Source: Candidatus Undinarchaeales archaeon (lineage in GTDB: Archaea > SpSt-1190 > JASMDC01). Taken from it: a DNA stretch of 13,832 nt. Location: NCBI GenBank assembly GCA_030753015.1, contig JASMDC010000031.1, positions 1-13,832 on the forward strand, given 5' to 3'. The position numbers and the translations under genes are program-made. The notes below the pieces were generated by a model, which was not told where the DNA came from, searched no databases, and saw only the letters and a list, made by a program, of their open reading frames with translations. Below, piece after piece: positions 5,401 through 12,900 of the stretch. Within the stretch, counting starts at the first letter, position 1. Every line of letters starts with the position of its first letter.

Positions 5401-7107
5401 ATGGCCATCGTCGTCTTCAGGCGCAGAGACGGACTCGCCCGTGAGTGCTCCCTCCGCATTACCAGCGGGGACCTGCGCACTCCTGTACTTCTCCCTACCG
5501 ATGGTGCTCTCGTCTCGCCTCGACCTGATGCCCGTATGCTCTCGCATGCATCGCCAGCGGAGGCCGGTGCCGCCCTGACCGACGTGCCTTCGTTCCGGTT
5601 CACGGCCCATTCGCCTGCTGCCATTGCCCGCCCCCTGGCCCAGCGCAACGCCGATCTCCTGGCAGCGGCCGACGGACCGACCTCACTGGGCCATCTCCAC
5701 CTCACACAGCACAATGACTTACTAGACCTCCAGCTGAATGCCCTGTACGACAGCGGCGTGCCTGTCGCCTGGATACGGAATCCCGACGAGCTGACCGGTG
5801 CCGATCTCATCCGGAAGCTTATGGTCGTGAAGGAATCGCTCCCCGATGTTATCCTCATCGCGTCCACCAAACGCTTCGAGCTCATCCCCTTCCTCGTGAT
5901 GTGCGGAGTGGACGTGTTCGATCCGGTACCATTGTCGCTCGAGCCCGCCCGGGGACGCATGCTCCACGACCTGGCACCACTGGCCGTGGACGAGCCTAAG
6001 GACAAGCTCCGGACCGACACAATGGCATCCATTTCCCGCACCCTTGATCTCCTGCGTGCCGCTGTCAGAGCGGGAACGGTTCGCGAGACCGTGGAGGGCT
6101 ACTGCGCCCGTGATGTTGAGGCCATGCGCACGCTCAGGCTCTGGGACCTGGCGGACACGTCACGGTTCGCTGACCGGGCCAAGGCCTCGCCCCAGCGGTT
6201 CGTGCTGGCAGCCTCCCTGGGCCGTCCCGAGGTCGTGCGCTGGGAGCGGGACATCCGCGAGCGCTACACACCACCATCACTTTCTGTGCTCCTGCTTCTC
6301 CCTTGCTCCTACACGAAGCCCTACTCCCGCTCGCGCACCCACCAGGCCGTCCGGGAGGCGATAGGGCGGCCGGGGAGCGTGCACGAGGTCATCGTGACCT
6401 CACCCCTGGGTGCGGTCCCCCGGGAGCTCGAAGGCGTGTACCCTGCGGCCCACTACGATATCCCGGTGACCGGTACCTGGAGCACCGAGGAGATCGACCG
6501 CTCTGCCTCCCTGGTCCAGAACATCATAGACAAGGGCGCCTACGAGCGCGTGATGGGCTATCTGCCCGGTTCGTACGGGCTGGTGGCAGCAGAACTTGCT
6601 GCTCGAGGTGTGGACGTCGACGTGGCGACCGAGCTGCAGGCCTTGGCCCGCCTCCTGCCAGAGGACGCGCACGACGAGCGCCGCGCTTGGGGGAAGGAGA
6701 TGTCGCATGCTGTACTGGACATACAGTTCGGGCCCGGGACATGGAGCGGGCTCGAGCCATTCCACTACCGCAAGGGCACCCTTCGCCATCAGGACACCCG
6801 TAAGCGCCTGGCGGCGATCGACCCGGACACAGGTCTTTGGGCGCTCAATATCGCAGGGGCCCGAGCCATGGGCGACAGCCCCACGCACAGGGTGGACATC
6901 GCTCCTTTCGAGTTCAAGGCCAGTATCTTCGCCCCCGGGGTGATGGCCGCTGCAGACGGTGTACAACGGGGAGACGATGTGATAGTGTTCCGTGAGGGGC
7001 AGCTCGCGGCCGTGGGTACCGCCGAGATGACAGGACCCGAGATGGTCCGCTCCCGGCGGGGGCTGGCCATCACCGTGCGTGAGCGCGCCGATGAGGGGGG
7101 TGAGTAG
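5401..7107 (+). CDS. arcS: Archaeosine synthase subunit alpha (ArcS/TgtA2)
   Basis: 568 aa. Degenerate TGT-like N-terminus (RDGLAR...LRTP, LVMCGVDVFD), ArcS signature LLPCSYTKPYSRSRTH...HEVIVTSPLGAVPRELEGVYPAAHYDIPVTGTW, and a C-terminal PUA domain (SIFAPGV...GDDVIV...AVGTAEMTGPEM). Confidence 0.92.
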   Translation: MAIVVFRRRDGLARECSLRITSGDLRTPVLLPTDGALVSPRPDARMLSHASPAEAGAALTDVPSFRFTAHSPAAIARPLAQRNADLLAAADGPTSLGHLHLTQHNDLLDLQLNALYDSGVPVAWIRNPDELTGADLIRKLMVVKESLPDVILIASTKRFELIPFLVMCGVDVFDPVPLSLEPARGRMLHDLAPLAVDEPKDKLRTDTMASISRTLDLLRAAVRAGTVRETVEGYCARDVEAMRTLRLWDLADTSRFADRAKASPQRFVLAASLGRPEVVRWERDIRERYTPPSLSVLLLLPCSYTKPYSRSRTHQAVREAIGRPGSVHEVIVTSPLGAVPRELEGVYPAAHYDIPVTGTWSTEEIDRSASLVQNIIDKGAYERVMGYLPGSYGLVAAELAARGVDVDVATELQALARLLPEDAHDERRAWGKEMSHAVLDIQFGPGTWSGLEPFHYRKGTLRHQDTRKRLAAIDPDTGLWALNIAGARAMGDSPTHRVDIAPFEFKASIFAPGVMAAADGVQRGDDVIVFREGQLAAVGTAEMTGPEMVRSRRGLAITVRERADEGGE

Positions 7108-7109
7108 GG

Positions 7110-8036
7110 ATGACGTACTGGTTCTTCGAGAACGACCGGGGGCCGGAGGGACTGCTACGTTACCTCACCCTCATTCTCACCACCCGTGGCTGTTCCTGGG
7201 CCCGCGGTAAGGGCCCTTGTTTGATGTGCGGCTACCAGGCCGACGCCGATCCCGCCATATCGCCCGAGGCGGTGGTGGCACAGGTGGCAGGTCTGAGCGG
7301 CCAGCTCTCCCAGGCGGAGGGCGTGAAGCTCTATACTTCGGGGAGCATCCTGGACGAAGACGAGCTCCCGACCGACCTACGACGTGAACTGCTAGCACGC
7401 CTGGCAGCGAGCCCGGCACGCGAGATCGTGCTGGAGACACGGGCAGACATGGTCACTCAAGAGGGAGTGGCCGAGGTGCTGGCCGCCCTGCCGGGCAAGC
7501 ACGTGGAGTTCGCCATGGGACTGGAGTCGTCCAACGACGAGGTGCTCGCTCACTGTGTGCATAAACCCACACGGTTCGTCGACGTGCGCCGGGCCGCCGA
7601 GGAGATACGTCTGGCGGGCGCGGGCGTCAAGCTATATCTCCTCTTAAAACCGCCCTTCCTCACAGAAGGAGAGGCCATCGACGACTGCCTTGCGTCATGT
7701 CGCGACGCTGCCAAGATCGCTGACACTGTGACGATCAACCTGCTCAACGTGCAGAAAAGGACTCTCGTAGAAAAACTGTGGGGACGGGACGAGTACCGAC
7801 CGCCGTGGCTGTGGTCCGCGGTGGAGGTGGCCCGTGAATGCCAGGACCTGCCCGTCCGCCTCCTTATGGGGCTGGCCGGGGCCGGCAGCCGGCGCGGCGC
7901 CTACAACTGTCGACGCTGTTCCAAGCACGTGACGCGTGCTTTGCGGCATGCTGCCCTGTCGGGCGACTACTCCCTGCCGGGCCTTGCCTGTGGGTGTGAG
8001 GATGAATGGAGGGTCTATCGTGAGCTTCGAGATTAA
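7110..8036 (+). CDS. raSEA: Archaeosine biosynthesis radical SAM enzyme RaSEA
   Basis: 308 aa. Non-canonical cluster motif ILTTRGCSWARGKGPCLMCGY (CX8CX2C), VKLYTSGSILD, ETR, MGLESSND, YLLLKPPFLTEGEAI, YRPPWLWS, and C-terminal GSRRGAYNCRRC...CGC. Lies between arcS and tgtA. Confidence 0.9.
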   Translation: MTYWFFENDRGPEGLLRYLTLILTTRGCSWARGKGPCLMCGYQADADPAISPEAVVAQVAGLSGQLSQAEGVKLYTSGSILDEDELPTDLRRELLARLAASPAREIVLETRADMVTQEGVAEVLAALPGKHVEFAMGLESSNDEVLAHCVHKPTRFVDVRRAAEEIRLAGAGVKLYLLLKPPFLTEGEAIDDCLASCRDAAKIADTVTINLLNVQKRTLVEKLWGRDEYRPPWLWSAVEVARECQDLPVRLLMGLAGAGSRRGAYNCRRCSKHVTRALRHAALSGDYSLPGLACGCEDEWRVYRELRD

Positions 8037-9975
8037 ACATAAGGACGCGCTAGGGCGTATCGGCGTGCTGAAGACCGCCAGCGGGAGCTTCGAGACGCCC
8101 ACTATAATGCCGGTGATGAATCCCAATCCCGAGAACCAGCCCATCTCCGGTCCGGACCTCTACCGGCTCGGGGCCCGGACCGTGATCACCAACGCCTATA
8201 TCATCCACTCGCACGAGGACCTCCGCGCCCGCGCCCTGGACGAGGGACTTCATAGTCTGATCCAGTTCCCAGGGCCCGTGGCCACCGACTCCGGCGGGTT
8301 CCAGATATACACCTACGGTAACGTTGACGTGGGGGCTGCTGAGATCGAAGCGTTCCAGGAGGACATCGGCTCCGATCTTGCGGTCATCCTCGACACACCA
8401 CCACCACTCGACCTTCCTAAGGCAAAGGTCCGTGCCGCGATCGATGTGACCCTGAAGCGTGCCCGTGAGAACGTGGAGCGCCGGCGAAAGGACGACGTGC
8501 TATGGTACGGTCCAGTGCACGGCCACATGTACCGGGACCTTGTGAAGCGCTCTGCTCGCGGTATCTGCGAGCTTGACTTTCCGGTGGTGGCCATAGGCTC
8601 CTCGGTCCAGATGCTCGTGCGGTACATGTTCGCTGCCCACGCACGCTCGATCGCGAACGTGCGCGAGCACTTGCCTGCCGATCGGCCCGTCCACCTGTTC
8701 GGTGCCGGCCACCCCATTTACATGGCGGCCGCGGTTATGCTGGGTGTGGACCTCTTTGACTCGGCCTTCTACGTGCTCGCCGCAAGGGACAACCGCTATA
8801 TTACCCTCTCGGGCACTCTCCGCCTCGATACGATGACCGAGTTCCCCTGCTCGTGCGAGGTGTGCAGTCGCACGACGCCCGCTGAGCTCATGAAGGCGGA
8901 CCGGGACGCACGAACCAAGGCCCTGGCCACGCACAACCTCATCGTCACTATGGAGGAGCTTGCCCGCATCCGCGAGGCCATCCGGTCGGGAACGCTCCTC
9001 GAGCTCGCCCTGCGACGGATGCGCTCACACCCCCGTATGACGGAGATCCTCGACGACTTCAAGCGGTACGGCCGGCTCATGGAGCCCTACGATCCCGTAT
9101 CGAAGCGGAGCGCTCTCCTCTACACGGGTCCTGAGGCGCGCTACCGGCCCGAGGTGGTCCGGTTCCAGCGCAGGCTCTACGATCGGTTCGACGGACCTGC
9201 ACGTGACGTGCTGGCCGTGATCCCTGATCCGGGGATGACGCCGTTCGCTTCGTCCGGGCTCCACGTACGTTCCCGTGCCTGGGTGCATACCGAGCACCCT
9301 GATGCCTCGGTCCAGTACTGCACGAGCTCTCACCTGTTCGGTGTGGTCCCCGAGCAGCTCGAGGAAGCGTACCCCGTGGCCCAATGCGTATATCCCTCTA
9401 ATGCCCGGGGACGCTCCGCCGAGGTGCGCAGGTTCATCGATGCCTTCGGTGAGCGCTACGGCACGGTCCTCGTCCTCACCGGGAAGGAACGAGTGTCAGG
9501 GAACGTGAAGGTCCCCCTCCCCGACCATGTGGAGACCGTGCGTGCACTCGCGGACCACCAGTTGTATCGGGGCGCCCGGGCACTGATACCCGATGGCTCA
9601 CGAGTGAAGCGATCCCGAAAGACCAAGCGTTTGCGTGCTGTGTACGGTCCCGATGGGGAGCTCATCGCAGCCCTCAGGGCGTCGGACCTCGCTCTTATCC
9701 CCAAGCTCTCAATCCTCGAGGCCATGCCCATAGGTGTAAAGACGGTCGTCGTCGATGACGATGCTACACCCTTCGTACGCGAGGGGCGGAGCGCGTTCTG
9801 CCGGTTCGTGGACAGTGCTGACCCGGGTATCGGAGCCAGGGACGAGGTGGCCGTGCGGGACCTGAAGGGAACACTCCTGGCCGAAGGCACTGCTCAGGTA
9901 TCGGGTCGTGAGATGATGGACCTGTCGGCCGGTGTCGCCGTCAAGGTGCGGGAGTCGATCAAGGGCGGGGAGTGA
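8020..9975 (+). CDS. tgtA: Archaeal tRNA-guanine(15) transglycosylase (ArcTGT), full-length with PUA domain
   Basis: Start reassigned to GTG 8020 (SD GGAGG at 8008-8012), giving MSFEIKHKDALGRIG and 651 aa. Contains ETPTIMPV, ITNAYII, TDSGGFQ, HLFGAGHP, GVDLFDSA, Zn site CSCEVC...HNL, and C-terminal C2 and PUA domains. Overlaps the end of raSEA by 17 nt. Confidence 0.96.
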   Translation: MSFEIKHKDALGRIGVLKTASGSFETPTIMPVMNPNPENQPISGPDLYRLGARTVITNAYIIHSHEDLRARALDEGLHSLIQFPGPVATDSGGFQIYTYGNVDVGAAEIEAFQEDIGSDLAVILDTPPPLDLPKAKVRAAIDVTLKRARENVERRRKDDVLWYGPVHGHMYRDLVKRSARGICELDFPVVAIGSSVQMLVRYMFAAHARSIANVREHLPADRPVHLFGAGHPIYMAAAVMLGVDLFDSAFYVLAARDNRYITLSGTLRLDTMTEFPCSCEVCSRTTPAELMKADRDARTKALATHNLIVTMEELARIREAIRSGTLLELALRRMRSHPRMTEILDDFKRYGRLMEPYDPVSKRSALLYTGPEARYRPEVVRFQRRLYDRFDGPARDVLAVIPDPGMTPFASSGLHVRSRAWVHTEHPDASVQYCTSSHLFGVVPEQLEEAYPVAQCVYPSNARGRSAEVRRFIDAFGERYGTVLVLTGKERVSGNVKVPLPDHVETVRALADHQLYRGARALIPDGSRVKRSRKTKRLRAVYGPDGELIAALRASDLALIPKLSILEAMPIGVKTVVVDDDATPFVREGRSAFCRFVDSADPGIGARDEVAVRDLKGTLLAEGTAQVSGREMMDLSAGVAVKVRESIKGGE

Positions 9976-9978
9976 GGC

Positions 9979-12900
9979 CTACCAGCCGCCCCCGCCGGAT
10001 CCGTCGTCCTCGCCACCTTCGGGAGCCTGCCAGCCGCCGCCCTCGGCACCACCTTCTTCGCCACCACCTTCTTCGCCACCAGGGGCCCATCCCTGCTGCT
10101 GCTGGTCGCCCCAGCCGCCACCTTCCGCTCCTTCGCCGCCCATACCGGGCATACCGCCTTCTGCTCCTTCGCCGCCCATACCGGGCATACCGCCTTCCAT
10201 GCCCTCGATGCCGCCACCCATCCCCTCCGTGACTGGCGCATCGCTCTCTTCCTCGCTGTCCTCGCCACCGACGTAGTCGGGAACCTCGGTGTCCTCGAGG
10301 TCCTCTGCAGAGGTGCCGCCGCCGCCCTGCAGGCCAGAGAGAACAGCGTACACACCTCCGCCCAGAATGGAGATGGACACCAGGCCCACCATGGCTATCA
10401 GGAGCCAGTTCGTCTCATCTTCTTCATCCGTGCCACTCATGTCGCCTGCGGCCTCTGCGGTCGGGGCTGCCACCTCTTTAGCGTCATACAGCACGTCCTT
10501 CGACTCCTTGACGTAGGAGTGCGCCACACCGTAGAGGTCCACAAAGAACACCTGGGTCCTTGACTCGGGGAAGTTGATGCGCTGTGTCATGCTGTCCTTG
10601 AGGCCCTTGTACGAGTAGGATCCGAGCTTCCTGAACGTTCGGAGGATTAGGGTGCCGTTTTCGTCGACGAGCTCCTCCGGTCCGGTGAAGTTCATGTCGC
10701 TCGGCGGGATGAACATGAACACAATCTTGGCGGTGAGGTTCGGTCGGAAGGCGCGCACGTTGTAGTTTAGGGTCTCGGAGATCTGGTTGTAGCGCTGCTC
10801 GACCTGGAACAAGGTAATGTCAGAACCGGGTAAGGCCAGGGGAACGTCGAGGGGGAAGGACTGGGCGACGTACTCGTATCCCAGCTCGTCAAAACAGTGG
10901 CTCGTGAGAGTTATGCGCAGGGGGGGTTCCGTCCCTGTGCGTTTGAGATGGAGTGGGACGCGCACGAGTTCCCCTGCGGGGATGGAACCGGTGTAGCCGC
11001 AAGCGGTACCGCATTCCAGCCCTTCTGAGAGGGTTAGGTTGAGCTCCAGGTCGAAGGCAGTGCCCTCACCGTGGTTGAACACAATGGCCTCGAGGTTCAC
11101 GTCCTCGGTTGAGTTGTAGTCGTTCTTGTCCAGCAGCCCTATGATCTCTATCTTGGGGAAGAGGCCGAAGTGGGCAGGGGCGGCGTAGAACACGTCGGTG
11201 TTATTGGCGAGGACCTCGTGGCTCTTGAGGTCCTGGTCATTGTAGGTCACCCTGGCCGGTGGGAGGTCGTAGCTCCCAAGAGCATAGGGCGTGAGCGTGA
11301 TGTTGACGCTCTTTGCCTCGCCCGCAAGGAGATCTCCGTTCCAGGTGTATTCTTCCCCCCATTTCTTACTCTCGAAGAAATCGTCACCCACAGCGGAGTA
11401 GATGGTGACGTTGTGGGCGTCGCCTTCGCCGATGTTCTCCACCATGAGAGTGAAGTTCATACCACCGAACATGGTTGTTGCGTTCGCCTTGTTATCCAGC
11501 ACCTTGAACTTTATCTCGTTGGATTGGAACTCCTGGTTGAGGCCGCCGATGTTGAGGAGAACGCGTGTGGGATCGATCGTGAAGTTTCCGGTCCGGATAG
11601 CTCGCATCTCGTAGATGTACTCGATGGTCCGGCCCTCCTTGATCTGGGGGATGTCCCTGAACCGGGCTGTATGGTCGAGGAACTCCAGGGTCTCGGACGT
11701 GGGCTCAACACAGGTGATGGCAATGTCCTCGTCGAGGTTGTTGGTGACGTGCACATAGGCACGGACGATGTCACCCACGGCAGGATTGAGGTCAGAGAGA
11801 GACTTGAGCACGATGACGTCAGGCGTTTCACCCATCTCCTTAACGATCTCCCGTCGGAGGAGGGCGACTTCGCCCTTAATGATGCGTGAGAACACTATCT
11901 GAGGGTCCTTCTCGGTGAGCACGACTTCCATATACTTGGCCGAGGCGTTCACGAGGAACTTGTTCTGGCTGGCATCGAAGTAGAGGGTGAGGAGGGGCGG
12001 GTAACTTGTTTCACCGCCGTCCTCGGGTGCCTGCATGTCATATGTGAAGTTGACGACGCCCTTTGCAGGAATGGTGCCTGAGAAACCCTTCTCTCCTTTG
12101 ACGAAGATGAAGCCGGGTGGGAGCACCTCGTTGAAAATGACATTGTACGCGGGAACGGAGCCGACGTTCATCACGTAGGCAGTTACGTTGACTACCTCGT
12201 CAATCATGGGGGTTGCGTCTGAGAACTCCCGCTCAACTACTACCTTGGGGCAACCGCAGTCCTCGCAGCAGTAGATCTTTCCGGGCGAGGGCGGCTGGCC
12301 GGGCACTTGCCGTTCCTCCAGCTCAGAGCAGATCCCGTCGCCGCAGAGGGGGCCGATGGGGAAAGATGGGAGCACCGCCGTGTGATGCCTCTTCTCGCTC
12401 ACATAGTCGCCCTCTTTAGTTATTAGGGACATGTCCATGGGTAATGATGCGTTAGCAAGAGCAGTAACGGTCAGAGTATCCGCTTTCAACAGCCCGATGC
12501 GGTTGTTACCTTCCTGCGACCGGTCGAGAATGGTATGGTCCCCGCAGAACATAAGACCGCTGATAGTTAGGTCGTTGGGGCAAATCGTCTTCAATCCTAT
12601 ATCATACAGCATAGACTGGTTAGTGATCTTGAGATTGTATCGATCGCTGTCCTTGCTACGGAATTCCATCCATCGAATAGGGATGCTAGAAATGATGCCC
12701 GGATCCTCAGGCACATCAGTACTAACGCCCGTGCTACGGAAGAACGTCTCAAGAGAATCTATTGCTTCAATAAGATTCCGAAGGGATAGGATTGATATGT
12801 ACCCTTTATTATAAACATATACACTCCCGTTCGAGAATGCCTGATAATAGAAGCCATGATCTCTCCAGCGAACTGAACGGTCACTCTCAAGCCCGAGGAT

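Noticed and set aside
4983-6041. 352-aa antisense ORF and other long shadow ORFs (e.g. 3536-4249, 6400-6966, 11170-11889, 9932-10276)
   Set aside because: They overlap well-supported genes, have no recognisable motifs, and are expected from stop-codon scarcity in GC-rich DNA. The Pro-rich 9932-10276 ORF is the antisense of the Gly-rich tail.
7936-8019. ORF-track N-terminal extension of tgtA (679-aa version)
   Set aside because: It overlaps raSEA extensively. GTG 8020 has a GGAGG SD and gives the typical MxFEIK.D..GRIG N-terminus.
5401-9975. 7-deazaguanine DNA-modification (dpd-like) defence system
   Set aside because: The TGT has ArcTGT motifs plus tRNA-binding C2/PUA domains, and no dpdB/dpdC, helicase or nuclease genes are present. 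This is tRNA modification.
10047-10198. 36-bp repeat as a CRISPR array
   Set aside because: The copies are directly tandem with no spacers, are multiples of 3 nt, lie within a coding low-complexity tail, and no cas genes are present.
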